From Paraspadella gotoi (taxonomy: Eukaryota > Animalia > Chaetognatha), in NCBI GenBank assembly GCA_051294375.1, contig CM119263.1:15117574-15181573 (forward strand): a DNA stretch of 64,000 nt. The letters run 5' to 3'. A program made the translations under genes and the position numbers. The notes beneath the pieces were generated by a model. That model did no database searches. It was not told the origin of the DNA and was given only the letters and a program-made list of their open reading frames with translations. Each line of letters opens with the position of its first letter. The stretch's first letter is position 1. Positions 1 through 14,491 of this stretch are shown here, piece after piece.

Positions 1-2253
1 TACTGAATTCCGGTCCTACGTCAATTTTAAGATATCTTTATCCTCTTCCATTCTTTCCTCTTCCTCTTCTTTTCAGTCTCTATTTTCTCCTCTCTTTCTT
101 TTTTTCCCCTTTTGCTCAATATATTTTTTTTTTTTCTCTTAGAGGTAAAGGGAATTCCTCCACACCCCCGCGGGAGAAAAGGAAAGACGTATCTGTCTTC
201 TTTTGTTTCAATTGGATTTATTAAATGTATCCCAATAGAAAAAAGAACAAAACAATTTCTCTTTCCTTTTCCTCTAATTTTAAATTTCTTTCCTTTTCGT
301 TCCCATCATTTCTTCTTATCTTTTTTCTTTTTTTTCCCTTCCGTTTCGTTCTTTTCTCCGTCTTCCTCCATTCAAATCCAGGTCGTATGTACGTTTCTAC
401 CTTTTTTCTTTTTGATCCCCTTTTTTTTTCGTTTCAATTCTTTCCTGTTCGTCTCTTTCTTTCTATCTTCTTTTCCGATTTTTCCTTACTTCTTTTCCTT
501 TCTTCCCTATCTTTCTTTTCTTTCTTAGAACTGCTTCTCTAGTCTTTGAAGGATGAAAAGGAATCGCTAAACGAAGAATGGAAAAAGAAAAAAACTTCCG
601 TCGTCGGTTAAGGGGACCAAGTGAACAGGGGGGGGTAAAACGCTGAAACAATAACGTTTGACCGCTTTAACTTAAATCTGTTCTGATCAATATAATTTTT
701 CTTCTATAATCATTTGGGAAAGTAGTTTAAAAAATTCGATAAAATCAGCGAGCTTACTTTTTCTTTAAAAATCGGTAAGAAGAAAATCTTTTTCAAGTTT
801 TAAAATTTTTTTTTCCAAAGGGTAAGATCTAATTTTTAAAAAAGATTTTCAAGCTTTTTATCACAAAAATTTATAAGAAAAAAAAACTAGGAATGAATCA
901 AAATTTAAGGTATCGACTGATTTTATTTAAAGCTTTCTTTTCAAATGATTCTGTTAAATTGGATGAAAATAAAACTCTTTGAGTAATATATAATATAAAA
1001 AAGAAGGGGAGAAAGATTTCTGTACTTCTGCTAAAAATTTTAAATTGTTTATAATACGGAAATCAAATATAGTTTTAATTATACATTTAAGGGATGAATA
1101 TGAATATTAAATTAATAATTATTACAGTTTTGTTTCGTAAGAATAGAATTTAGGTTTGATTTGTCTGCATTTTAGTAAATATAAAAATATAAAAATATTA
1201 ATACTTGTAAAGCCTTTGTTCAATGAGGCTTTAAACCTAAAAATTATAGGCTTTGTAACAGTAAAATAAAAATTGGAATTTAGTAAAAAAATACTTTCTA
1301 AATGCAAAAATAAAATAATGGATTATAATAAATATTTAGGTAGGGTCAACTAAATTTTTTTTTCATAATTCATTAAATTTTTGTTTCGCGCTACAATAAG
1401 AGATGGGAATTTTTTTGCCAGTTTTCCCGTGCAAAAGAAAAATTAATGACTATAGCACCATTCAAATCCCTTTGATGAATAGAACCCTATAAAGCTTATG
1501 ATATCATTTTTTATGTCAACGTGGTCCCCTTAAGCGACATTCCCAGTTTAGTCTCATTGTCATGGAAAATTGTCGAGAATCTAAGTACTCACTTTTCCAA
1601 GAAAGAAGAAAGGAAGAAAGAAAAGGAAAGAAAGAAAGAAAGAAAGTAAAGAAGAAAGAAGAAAAGATAGAAAAGAAGAAAGAAAGAAAAGAACCAAGCA
1701 AGAAGAAATAGAGACCGAAATCTTAAAAAACACGGGAGAAAATATTATATATTCTAAATGACAGACACCTTTCACTTTCAAAAACAAAAATAACATGTCT
1801 GGCGATATTGCCGTTTTTGTGTGCCTTTCAAAGAAAAAAATTGTACTGTCCTTTATTTATTTATCTATTTATTATTTTATTTATTTATTTATTGGCTTTC
1901 CGAATAGTTTACAATTTAATAGATTTTTCATGCCCGTAAATGACAATTCAATTGCTGTAAGTGAAAATATACGTACATATTTTACTTTTTCTTTGTCTGA
2001 ATGGTATATTTTAAAACTCACGGTCGTTTAAAAAGATTCGTTTGACTAAATGGCTCTCGGTTACACTCTTCTACTCTAAGAGGAATTCCGAATCTCCGAC
2101 CTCTCAATGAACCTCCTCTCGTAATCCTCGACCAGACATATTTTCGCGATGGGAGTAAACAACCGGCAACATCGCTCGCTCCACTAATTTGTTTACTCGG
2201 AGTAACAAACGACTTCCAGAAAACGAATCCAGAGAGAGCTTAGAGTGAGAGGG

Positions 2254-2318
<65 letters not shown>

Positions 2319-2626
2319 AAGAGAGAGAGAGAGAGAAAGAGAAGAGAGAGAAGAGGGAGAGAGAGAGAGAAGAGAGATATTAAACATTGACACAGAAACA
2401 GTGTAACAGTCGTGNNNNNNNNNNNNNNNNNNNNNNNNNGGCAACGTAAGATGTGATGAGTAAAATTCGAAAAGAGAAGAAAGAGAAATAAGGAAAAATT
2501 AAACGAAAAAGGGAAATAATGAAGGTACGAAGACAAAGAGCAGGTCGTCAATAAGAACTAGGGAAGAGTCATTTGAGTTTATTTTGGACGAAAGAAAATT
2601 TAAATTGAATAAAAATAAAAAGCAAC

Positions 2627-2689
<63 letters not shown>

Positions 2690-2693
2690 AAAA

Positions 2694-2768
<75 letters not shown>
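2627..2768 (+). repeat. (AG)n/(AAAG)n compound microsatellite
   Basis: Directly visible. Similar AAAG/CTTT arrays at ~4767-4843 and ~32190-32275. Confidence 0.95.
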
Positions 2769-3106
2769 CCTGAGGAGTAAAAGAAAGTAAGTTCTCCCTC
2801 TGAATCGTATCAAGACATTTTTTCTACTTTCCACACTCAGCCTCTGGCGAGATACGAAAATGTTTTCACAAGGACGCGACCAAGGAAAAAAAAAATTCGC
2901 TAACAAGAGAAGAAAGAAGAAAGTGGAACGAAATGGAAAAAAAGGGGGAAAACCGAAAGGGTGAGGGAGGGCGGGATCAGGGAGGTGAGGCAGGGCGAGG
3001 AAAGAGAAAACGAGGGAGGGAAAAAAAACCCGTGATTAATCCTGAGTATAAATCGACGAGGATTCGATTTAAAAGTAGGAAATACGTTTATAGTAAAATA
3101 CGAAGA

Positions 3107-3310
3107 TGATAGGGAAGCCAGGTACTCTGGGAGTGAATAAACGAGACTGTGAGAGAGTCTTGATTGAAATCTTGCAGGGACCTGCTATGTCATTATCTTG
3201 TAAGAGTGATGGAGGCCTTAAACCACCAAAGCCTGTCCAAAGTCAGGGGCAAGATAGCTTATTTATTAAATGAATGGATAATTTTTATATTGGTTGTACC
3301 AATTTCATAA
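3107..3310 (+). repeat. ~200-bp dispersed repeat, copy 1
   Basis: TGATAGGGAAGC..GAGACTGTGAGAGA..CCAAAGCCTGTCCAAAGTCAGG..TTGGTTGTACCAATTTCAT recurs at 58299-58500. Its 3' end recurs inverted at 21244-21290. Confidence 0.88.
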
Positions 3311-4765
3311 AAAAAAAACGTGAGGCGGTATTTTTAGAAAATGTTTGGGAAAACAAGTTACAATGGAACGAAAGATAAAAGAAAAAGAAAATGATGAGAA
3401 AGTGAGACACGGATTCGCGGAAATGGAATCAGAGAAATAAAAAAAAAATAGAGAGAAAAAAAAGGAGATGGAGGGATCGGAGGAGGATGAATTTTTCCGC
3501 GGGCGAAAGTGCGAGAATGGAATTGCAAAATGAATGTCGAGGAGAGAAGTAAAACGGAATTAGGGAGTTTGTGTGAGGAAAGTAAAGGGGATAAGAGAGG
3601 ATGAAATTGAGAAGATGAGACGGTGATTGGTGAAGGGGAAAAACTCGAAGAAAGGATTAAGTGAAAGGAAAGTCGCGAAGTTGGAAATAAAATAAATTGA
3701 CTTCGCGGATGGAATTGTTTAAATGGAATCGAGGGGAATCCGAATGGAAGAGAAGGCAAGAATGAGAGAACGCACGCGGGGTGTATCGTGGGAGAAAATA
3801 TACTCAATAGTCTTATTTTTCGGTCAGGCTTATGTTAGTGTTTTTAAATGAATAAGAGACTTTATATTAAACGCATTCAAACTGGTAAGTAGAATTGGTC
3901 ACTGGTCAGTGGTCATAGTAGATGTGGGAATTTAAAGTTTGGAATAAAAAATGGATTTACCAAAAAAAAAACAGTTTTCGTGCTTTATGAATTATGATAG
4001 CCAGTTTAGTTAAAAAATGAGACAGAATAACGTGGTCAAAATCTATAAAAAATATAATTAGAAAAAAACGGAATGAAATTAACACAGAACATAAAATCGC
4101 GTGAATCGAGATATTCAAAATGGAACCGCGAGATGGAATCGCGTGGGCGTTAACCACGCAAATAGAACGAAAAAACGATTCGGCTCCGCAAGATGCGGGG
4201 GGGGGCGGATGTGCGCTGGTGCGGTGAGAAGGGGTCATGGAGAGGGTAAAGGGAATATTAAGGTGCGAAGTTGCTGCATATTTTGTTCATAGGACCTTAT
4301 AATAACTTGAGCGCAGAAGGGGAATTTCGTCGAGCGGAATAGAACTGAAATGCAGCAACCGTCGTTATTGCTATTGGAACAGTTGCTGAAGTTNNNNNNN
4401 NNNNNNNNNNNNNNNNNNNNNNNNNNNNNNNNNNNNNNNNNNNNNNNNNNNNNNNNNNNNNNNNNNNNNNNNNNNNNNNNNNNNNNNNNNNNNNNNNNNN
4501 NNNNNNNNNNNNNNNNNNNNNNNNNNNNNNNNNNNNNNNNNNNNNNNNNNNNNNNNNNNNNNNNNNNNNNNNNNNNNNNNNNNNNNNNNNNNNNNNNNNN
4601 NNNNNNNNTTTCCAATATTTTTGTTGGTTCGAAATTTCGTCTGCTTTTTTATAAAAAAAAAAAGAATAACGGATTCTTTCCCCCAGAAGAATTCAATTGA
4701 AAACAGAAACTGAATTAAACGTGAATTTTTTAGAAAGAAAAGATAAGAATGAGAGAGTGAGAGAT

Positions 4766-4844
<79 letters not shown>

Positions 4845-7800
4845 AGTCATCAAGAAGCCGAATTTTATTTTGGGAAAAATACTGATTATTTTGGAGGGAC
4901 AGCGTCATTTTGTGAAGAAAGAGCGTTGATATAAAACAAAAAGGAAAAAAATAAAATAAGCACCAAATAAAGAAAGATAAAAAGGAAAACAAGAAAAAAG
5001 AAAGAAAACAAATAAAGATAAAAAGAAAGAAGGGCAAAGCCAAAGGCATAAAGACGAAAAGTGAGGTTCGTCTCTTTAACGGCGGGAGGTCCCCGGGCAA
5101 CCCTGTCGCGGTGACGCCATCTGCAGAGGGGAGGCGACGGAACTGAGTCAAAATAAACAAAAGAGCACGAAGGGAGAAAAAGCGAGACAGGACTTATATT
5201 AAAGGGCAAGAGAAAGATAAAGAACTGAGGAATTTGAAGAAAAAAAGTAAAGAAACGAAGATGAAAATATCTACAAAGAGATAAGGAAGAAAAAGGTGAG
5301 ATTGATAGATGAAAAGATATTATTTTTTTTTTNNNNNNNNNNNNNNNNNNNNNNNNNNNNNNNNNNNNNNNNNNNNNNNNNNNNNNNNNNNNNNNNNNNN
5401 NNNNNNNNNNNNNNNNNNNNNNNNNNNNNNNNNNNNNNNNNNNNNNNNNNNNNNNNNNNNNNNNNNNNNNNNNNNNNNNNNNNNNNNNNNNNNNNNNNNN
5501 NNNNNNNNNNNNNNNNNNNNNNNNNNNCTCTCTCTCTCTCTCTCTTTCGTTCTCCCTCTCGTTTCGCCTTAAGGGCAGCCTTTTTTTATTAGGTCCTGAC
5601 GTAATGACGATTTCATGCACATGTTAGGCTTCATCCTTGAGGAATTTAAATCTTATCTCCTTCTCCCCTCGTTTCGACTTTTTTCCTCTTCTAGCGTCTC
5701 CTTCTTTTATTTTTTTCCTCTCCTTCTCAATTTTTCTTTCTATTTTTCTTATCTTCATCTTCCTTTCTCCCTTAATTTTTTTGGTTTTCTTTTTTCCTCC
5801 AGATTTGTTTTCGTTTTTTTAAATTAACGTACGAAGCGATATTTGAAATTATCNNNNNNNNNNNNNNNNNNNNNNNNNNNNNNNNNNNNNNNNNNNNNNN
5901 NNNNNNNNNNNNNNNNNNNNNNNNNNNNNNNNNNNNNNNNNNNNNNNNNNNNNNNNNNNNNNNNNNNNNNNNNNNNNNNNNNNNNNNNNNNNNNNNNNNN
6001 NNNNNNNNNNNNNNNNNNNNNNNNNNNNNNNNNNNNNNNNNNNNNNNNNNNNNNNNNNNNNNNNNNNNNNNNNNNNNNNNNNNTTCTCGTCTACTTACTT
6101 CATGCATGGCTATTTTTAGAACGAGGTAGAAAAAAAAACAATAATTTTCAAACATGGCTCAAGAGCACTTTTCCATTCGCGCTATTTTTTCATTAATATT
6201 ACGAAATATTGGTTAAGAAAACAAGGATTTGATTTTAGTCTAAATTATATTTAAAAAAAAAATTCAAAAAAAGGCCTTCTTTCCAATGAGTCAACTTACT
6301 CACCAATGACTCCGTCACTCCTGACACACCTTACCTTAACCGACTTCACAATTCTTTAGATATGAAGATCCTTCGTGAGGCACAGCGTGCTCAGTTTCGT
6401 CTCCTCATTCTATCCCTCACATACTTCGGGTTCTCTTCTCAAGCAACAGCCTCTCCAGTCTCCGCACGCTCACTCAAATCACCTTCACGATTTTTCACGA
6501 ATTTAAAAAAAAATACCAACATTCACTCTTTTTTTTTTAAATCGAAAATATTTTAAACAAAAACCGACGAACATTAATTTTGGTTTTACGTCGATTTTCT
6601 CTCCCAGAGGCACAAAAAAAAAGTCGCCCACTAATGGAAGTCGTAATCTTTTTTTGAGAATTTTTTATTTTTTTTTTAGGGAGACGCGTTTTGTCAAAAC
6701 TTCTTATGTCGTCCGTAAACTTTATTTTTATAGATTTTAATCTTCCTTCCTTAAACGGAGAAGAAAGAATCTCGACGGAGTTTTTTGGGAGGGAGACCGT
6801 TATTTCAAATATTCCATATACATTGTATTATACAAATGTAGGTTCTTTATTACCTTTTTTTCCCCTTTTTCCTCTTTTGTCTCGTTGGATCATTCTCTCT
6901 CTCGCTGGATCATCTACTCTCTCTCTCTCCTCTCCTCTCTCTCTCTCTCTCTCTTCTCTCTCTCATCTCTCTCTCTCCTCTCCCTCATCTCTCTCTCTCT
7001 CTCTCTATCTCTCTCTCCTTTCTTTTCTCCACTTCACCTCTCACCATAATCTCCGGAGAAAACATCGGAAGGAATTTGAAAAAACTTAGATTGAGCCGAG
7101 GCTGCGTTCAGGTGTTAACGTTTTCGAAATTAAATCACTCAGAATGGCGGCCCGACTCGGCTGCGAGTGAGAAATAATAAACAAACACTCGGCGAGAAGT
7201 ATAAACTTTCATATTTCGCCGTCGATCAGAACTTAATAAAAGAAAACTTGAAAATAACGAAAGCAAGACCCTCTTTCAATTCCCCCCTCTACCTCTCTCT
7301 GGTTTCTGTTTTAAAAACCGATTTCAAATTTTTCCGAAATAAGATAAACATTTGGAACGTAAAAAAAAAAAAAAAACCAAAAAACAGATTTAGTTGCTAG
7401 AAAAAGACGAAAAAAAAACCTTAAATGAAAGATGAAAAAGACGATAAGCCCAAAGTTTGGGAGGTAGAATAGGATAAGAAAAAAGGAAGAGGGAAGCAAA
7501 GGAGAATTAGGGGAGAAAGAAGGGAAACAGGAAAAAAAAAGAAGGATCTCAAAAAAAAAAAAAAAAAGATGAAAGGCAGGTGAGGAGGTATAGTCTTGAA
7601 GAAGCCCAGTCGAGGGGAAGGGGAAAAAAACGGGAGATTGGAAGAGAGATCTCGAATCGTGAGAAAGATAAACTAAAAGGAACAAGGTTTTTTTCCTGGG
7701 GGGAGGGTGGGGGTGGGCTGGCCGGCTGCAGGAAGGAGGTTCCGTGGATCGAGGAGATTCGCCTCACCGACGCCGTCCTTGTCTTCTGTCTTTCTGGCGC

Positions 7801-7865
7801 GGTTCGGACGACGCCCACCTCGTTGACCATAAGAGATCCAGTGATCACCAAACGAACCATAGATC

Positions 7866-8030
7866 ATCGCAAACGACGTCGTCAGTTGTGATAAAGAAAA
7901 AAGATGTAACGACCATCGTGATAATGAAAATAAATCAGACGTGATATCGCAAACGACGACGTCAGTTGTGATAAAGAAAAGATGTAAACGACCATCTGAT
8001 AATGAACAAATAAATCAGGCGTGATATCGA
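7866..8030 (+). repeat. 80-bp tandem repeat (2 units plus a partial); second occurrence at 12725-12890
   Basis: The unit ATCGCAAACGACG..GTCAGTTGTGATAAAGAAAAAGATGTAACGACCATCGTGATAATGA..AATAAATCAGACGTGAT starts at 7866/7946/8026 and at 12725/12805/12885. Confidence 0.85.
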
Positions 8031-9446
8031 GACGATGATAAAGATGACGAGAAATGATATATCTGCTCACAGGTTCCTCTTTTTTTTTTTCTCCGAATTC
8101 CAGCCATCATCTTCCTCCACCTTTACCACCAAAAAAAAAATTCTTTCCTTTAAAACTCGTCGGTTACTCGCTCATCTAGAAAGGGCGTAACCCTTCGTCT
8201 CGATTTATTTTGGCCGCCCCTCCCCCTGTCGTTTTTTTTCTCTCTCTCCCAAATTTTTCAACAGTCTCGTTTCTTTTTTTTTTTTTTTGGTTGCTGACCT
8301 CGCTCTTTCCCTGTCCCTCCACCAATTTCTTCCCTCATCCCGCTCTTCCAGCCCTCTACCTCCCCCCCCTTCGCCATCTCCCTAAGCTTTCTAATCCTCT
8401 TCGCTTTTTCATCCTCCCCCCCCCTCGATTCGTATTTTTGCCGACAAAAGAGAAAAAAAAAAACTCGTTTCAATCGTCCCCTTTTCCTCACACTCTTCCA
8501 ACCTTTACCCCCTCCCCCTCCCCTTCACCCTGCCACCTTTTCCTCAATCCCCAACCCCGATACCTCGCCTTTTTTTTCTACAAAAGATTCTTGTTTTTCG
8601 ATAGCAAAGAGAGAAACGACTGGTTTAGAACTTTCGACGAATCCGACTTATTTGTGAAACTCTCATTACTTTAAAATCCGGTTTAAAATTTCGTTATTTT
8701 TTTTTGTTAATGATATCTTATAATTCTTCTTACTACATACGTGCATACTTTTTCTCTGACGTTCGTTGTCACTCCGAGTTTTAAGAAGTGTTAAGGATCA
8801 CACTTTTTTTTGTCATTATCTTCTTTACATGTATAATAATTCCAAGAGACTGTCCTTCCTTACCCCTTTACTTCCTCCTCAGTCCTAACCTCAAACTCAC
8901 CTTTTATTTTTATTTCCTTTTTTTTTTTCTTTTTTACTGAAAATTTTCGATCCAACCTTTTTACGACCTTTTGTCAAAAAGAAAATGTCTTCCGGGCTCA
9001 TTTTCTATTTTTTTTTTTTTTTTCGCCTGGGTCGGACGGTCTTTCGTCGTCACTATGGTGATTTCGTCGCGTTCCGCGGAGGCGTAGCGCGATGAGGAGG
9101 AGGAGATAACAAAGCGAGGAAAGTATAGAGGGTAAGCAATGGGTGAAGTCTGGGTAAGTTAGACGAGACAAGAATGAGTGACGAAAGAATGCGGGAGTTG
9201 TGTAGATTGAAGAGAATATTTAGTAATAACTTTACCCCCGAAATTATGTAAGATTATATAAAAAAAGTGGAAATTACATATAACAACAGAGTTTTGAGAA
9301 GAACATGAATAAGGCCAAAACCTCAAGAGGGGGTAAGGTCTTGTTGAACAGAACAGAAAGAGAGGGAGTGATCTTAGGAAGCCGGAGAAAAGAGACCCTA
9401 TTAGGAGAGGAGAGAGAGTGAGAGAGAGAGAGAAAAGAGAGAGAGC

Positions 9447-9481
<35 letters not shown>

Positions 9482-9491
9482 TGAGAGAAAG

Positions 9492-9558
<67 letters not shown>

Positions 9559-9634
9559 AGGTGGTGTCGGGGTGGGAAGCCAGCAAGGATATGCATATAA
9601 CGAGGAGGATAGAATGAAATGCGTCGCTTCTGTC

Positions 9635-9665
<31 letters not shown>

Positions 9666-10458
9666 GGAGAAACTCGGCCCAAGAGAACATAATGTGAAGA
9701 TGATGACGTCACGGCGACATTCGTGAATCCCGCGAAATTTAAATGGAAATGGAAGAATATGAGTTACTACGTCCCCGCGACTCGGACAGAGAGAGAGAGT
9801 GGAACTGACGAACGATCGGAGAGAAAGAAAATTAAGAAAGAATGAATGACGAGGAAAGAACGAGGGAAAGAAAGAGAGAATACGAGGCGAGGGGAGAAGA
9901 TAAGAGGTGTTATATATATAATATCTAAACAATGAAATACCGTTTTGGTGAAGAATTTTTTAACATTAGCAGCCGGATAAAATTGTTGGAAATAATACAT
10001 AAAATTCGTCGGTGGAGGGAATTTTCAAATATACGTAGAAAAAACCTGTAAAGTTATTCCATAATTAAGAATGGAATACGAACAACGACATATTTAATAG
10101 TTTTTAAAAGTTAGTCCAAAAGATCTGGACCTCACCTGTATTTATTAGGTATTACGCCTTTCCCTACTACCGTCGCAGAATGCAGTCACTTAAGTAACAT
10201 ATTTTCCACCAGATTTTCCCCGGCAATATGCATTATGACTCAAATTTCTTTATCTACAGCGACGATATACTATCGACTGTTTTATAATAACCGTAATATT
10301 TTTTTTCTCGTTAAGAGGTCTCGGAATGTCAGAGAATCAGAGAGTTGAAAATTTCAAAGAATAAAAAATCGTTCAATTTGTCTTTACTTTAGTTTGATAA
10401 GACTCCTAATCACGTACCTTCGTCGGTAAAAGAATTTGAAAATAGCTAAAAGCGCAAA

Positions 10459-11164
10459 ATGATTATCCGTTTGTTTCCCTGTTTCTCTCGTATCCATCTC
10501 CTTTCAATTAAAACGTACGAAGCGAGAGCCGTGAACACTGCAAGACGACGGAATTTTGTCAGAATATCATTGAATTTCACACCGGCGGCTGCTGCAGCGG
10601 ACGTGAGTGATTAAAGTTGTTTATTCAAAATTCATTCTGTCTTTAACGGCTTTTCCGTCAAACAGTGAATGGAAACATACGCCCTCCCAAATGCACGGAG
10701 GATTGCCGAGAGCTGCAAAGATATGGGAGCAAGTGTGACTTGAGCTCCAACGGAGAGACGCCGAGACTCGATGGAACTGTCGCTCGACGGCCTTTTGCGC
10801 CGACAACGTCAGAAGACCTCGCTTGCTGCATAAAATTCCAGGTTTGAATTTGGGATGGGGATCGGGGCGAATACGATGGTCTTTTATTGTCGTTTTAACC
10901 GATGCGCCGTCTTTTTTAGAGAAGAAAAGTTTAACCATTTTATTTTCAACTTCTCTGATTATATTATTATTTATTATTACTTATATACGCATGCGAATTA
11001 ACAAGAATTGAGGAAAAACGGACAATCCCCCGCTGTATGCCTGCCAGAATGCAAATTCTGCAAAGATAAAGGAGGAACTTGCGGCGCGACTCTCTCGGTC
11101 TCACCGAGTCGTCGTCGTCGTCGCTTCGGCGTCGTCGGCAACGTGGACACAAACTGAGATTTAA
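10459..11164 (+). pseudogene. Frameshifted duplicate of Cys-rich gene A (probably an error-laden redundant assembly copy rather than a true pseudogene)
   Basis: Near-identical to 15297-16017 but with many short indels that break the frame. Lies inside the 7050-16662 tandem duplication. Confidence 0.6.
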
Positions 11165-14100
11165 GAAAGACAATTTCGATGTCGTTGTCGTCGTCGTCGT
11201 TTACATACTCGTAAAGGTTGTCGCTGGACGAGAATTCATCTTTCGTTGATTAACTTCCGTTTTCAAAAAAATGTTTGATTCTTATCGTTTAGGCAATAAT
11301 ATCTATTATTTCCCTATTTGTCGTATTTGGTAGTTGTTATTTACCTAATTTTTAAACTGCTTAGCCATGTGATCGGTTTGGTCATTTCAAAACTCGGCCC
11401 CTCTCGGGAAAGAAAAAAAGATTTCCTTATAAGGCGCCGCTGGATTGTTGGCGGTCCCGTCCCTCATTTTCGCCTGTCAACGCCTAACGTTTCCCTCATT
11501 TTCGTTACTTTATGGAGACGTCGGTCGTCGTCGTCGTTTTTTGGGCAACGAGGGCGTTATCGCTTTTCTTCTCCTTATTGCTTCAGAATTATTATCTTTT
11601 TTCCTCAAAGATTCTCTCACGCGCGAAAACTTCCGCTTTTTCATTTTCTCGTTGCGTTTCGTGAAATTAGCTCGGCAGCTTCATCGCTCTTTTCTATCGA
11701 TCGCCACTTACCAATAGCGGTAAGTTCCCTCGATGCCTTACCGAGACTTTCCAACTCTTGGCTCTTCCTCGATCCGAAAAAATCTCCAACGGAAAAAAAA
11801 AAAAAAAAATTCGAGTCTTTGGCGTGAAAAGACTTTGATAAATGTGCGCATTAAAACTCGTCCACTTCGACGCGAGAAACTGGGAGAAAAANNNNNNNNN
11901 NNNNNNNNNNNNNNNNTCTCCGGAGAAACATCGAGAAGGAATTGAAAAACTTAGATTGAGCCGAGGCCTGCGTTCAGGTGTTAACGTTTTCGAAATAAAT
12001 CACTCAAGATGGCGGGCCCGACTCGGCTGCGAGGAGAAATAATAAACAAACACTCGGCGAAGAAGTTATAAACTTTTCATATTTCGCCGTCGATCAACTT
12101 TAATAAAAGAAAACTTGAAATAACGAAAACAAGACCCTCTTTCAATTCCCCCCCTCTACCTCTCTCTGGTTTCTGTTTTAAAACCGATTCAAATTTTTCC
12201 GAAATAAGAAAAACATTTGGAACGTAAAAAAAAAAAAAAAACCAAAAACAGATTTAGTTGCCTAGAAAAAGACGAAAAAAAAACCTAAATGAAAGATGAA
12301 AAAGAAACGATAAGCCAAGTTTGGGAGGTAGAATAGTGATAAGAAAAAAGGAAGAGGGAAGCAAAGGAGAATAGGGGAGGAACAGAAGGGAAAAGAAAAA
12401 AAAAGAAGCGATCTCAAAAAAAAAAAAAAAAAGATGAAAGGCCAGGGTGAGAGTATTAGCTTTGAAAGAAGCCAGTGAGGGGAAGGAGAAAAAAAGGGGA
12501 GATTGGAAGAGAGATCGAATCTGTGAGAAAGAAAACTAAAAGGAACAAGGTTTTTTTCCTGGGGGGAGGGTGGGGGTGGGCTGGCCGGCTGCGGAAGGAG
12601 GTTCGAGGATCGAGGGAGATTCGCCTCACCGACGCCGTCCTTTGTCTTCTGTCTTTCTGGCGACGGTTCGGACGACGCCCACCTCGTTGACCAAAGAGAC
12701 CAGTGATACCAAAGAACCATAGACATCGCAAACGACGTCGTCAGTTGTGATAAAGAAAAAGATGTAACGACCATCGTGATAATGACAAATAAATCAGACG
12801 TGATATCGCAAACGACGACGTCAGTTGTGATAAAGAAAAAGATGTAACGACCATCGTGATAATGACAAATAAATCAGACGTGATATCGAAGACGATGATA
12901 AAGATGACGAGAAATGATATATCTGCTCACCAGGTTCCTCTTTTTTTTTTCTCGAATTCCAGCCATCATCTTCCTCCACCTTTCACCACCAAAAAAAAAA
13001 TTCTTTCCTTTAAAAACTCGTCGGTTACTCGCTCATTAGAAAGGGCGTAACGCCTTCGTCTCGATTTAGTTTTCCCCCCNNNNNNNNNNNNNNNNNNNNN
13101 NNNNNNNNNNNNNNNNNNNNNNNNNNNNNNNNNNNNNNNNNNNNNNNNNNNNNNNNNNNNNNNNNNNNNNNNNNNNNNNNNNNNNNNNNNNNNNNNNNNN
13201 NNNNNNNNNNNNNNNNNNNNNNNNNNNNNNNNNNNNNNNNNNNNNNNNNNNNNNNNNNNNNNNNNNNNNNNNNNNNNNNNNNNNNNNNNNNNNNNNNNNN
13301 NNNNNNNNNNNNNNNNNNNNNNNNNNNNNNNNNNNNNNNNNNNNNNNNNNNNNNNNNNNNNNNNNNNNNNNNNNNNNNNNNNNNNNNNNNNNNNNNNNNN
13401 NNNNNNNNNNNNNNNNNNNNNNNNNNNNNNNNNNNNNNNNNNNNNNNNNNNNNNNNNNNNNNNNNNNNNNNNNNNNNNNNNNNNNAAAAGATTCTTGTTT
13501 TCGATTAGCAAAGAGAGAAACGACTGGTTTAGAACTTTCGACGAATCCGACTTATTTGTTGAAACTCTCATTACTTAAAATCCGGTTTAAAATTTCGTTA
13601 TTTTTTTTGTTAATGATATCTATAATTCTTCTTTACTACATACGTGCATACTTTTTTCTCTGACGTTCGTTGTCACTCCGAGTTTTAAGGAGTGTTAAGG
13701 ATCACCCACTTTTTTTTGTCATTATCTTCTTTACATGATAATAATTCCAAAGGACTGTCCTCTCCTTACCCCTTTACTTCCTCCTCAGTCCTAACCTCAA
13801 ACTCACCTTTTATTTTTATTTCCTTTTTTTTTTCTTTTTTACTGAAAATTTTCGATCCAACCTTTTTACGACCTTTTGTCAAAAAAAAATGTCTTCGGGC
13901 TCATTTTCTATTTTTTTTTTTTTTTTCGCCTGGGGTCGCGACGGTCTTCTTCGTCGTCACTATGGTGATTTCGTCGCGGTCCGCGGAGGCGTAGCGCGAT
14001 GAGGAGGAGGAGAAAAAAGCGAGGAAAGTATAGAGGGTAAGCAATGGGTAAGTCTGGGTAAGTTAGACGAGACAAGAATGAGTGACGAAAAGAATGGCGG

Positions 14101-14453
14101 GAGTTGTGGTGAGAAATATAGAAAGAGGAAATGATTGTAGTGAGATTAAACTTACCCACGAAATTATGTAAATTATATAAAAAAAGTGGAAATTACAATT
14201 ACAACAACAGAGTTTTGAGAAGAACATGAATAAGGCCAAAACCTCAAGAGGGGGTAAGGTCTTGTTGAACAGAACGAATAGAGAGGGAGATGATCGTTAG
14301 AAGCCGGAGAAAAGAGACTCCTATTAGGAGAGAGAAGAGTGAGAGAGAGAGAGAGAAAGAGAAAGAGAGAGAGAAAGGGTGGTTGTCGGGGTGGGAAGCC
14401 AGCAAGGATATGCATATAACGAGGAGGATAGAATGAAATGCGTCGCTCTGGTC

Positions 14454-14491
<38 letters not shown>

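Noticed and set aside
112-5827. Numerous Phe/Leu/Ser-rich or Arg/Glu/Lys-rich ORFs in the ORF track, here and throughout the window
   Set aside because: They are translations of CT/AG, AAAG and poly-T tracts or run through N gaps, with no splice or compositional support.
7730-8075. Possible secreted Asp-rich protein (IRLTDAVLVFCLSGAVRTTP followed by DIANDDVSCDKEKD repeats)
   Set aside because: The repeat unit measures 80 bp in all four intervals, which is not a multiple of 3, there is no ATG before the hydrophobic stretch, and the frame cannot be maintained in either copy.
12725-12890. Regularly spaced repeats resembling a CRISPR array
   Set aside because: The units are contiguous tandem copies with no unique spacers, the context is eukaryotic and no cas genes are present.
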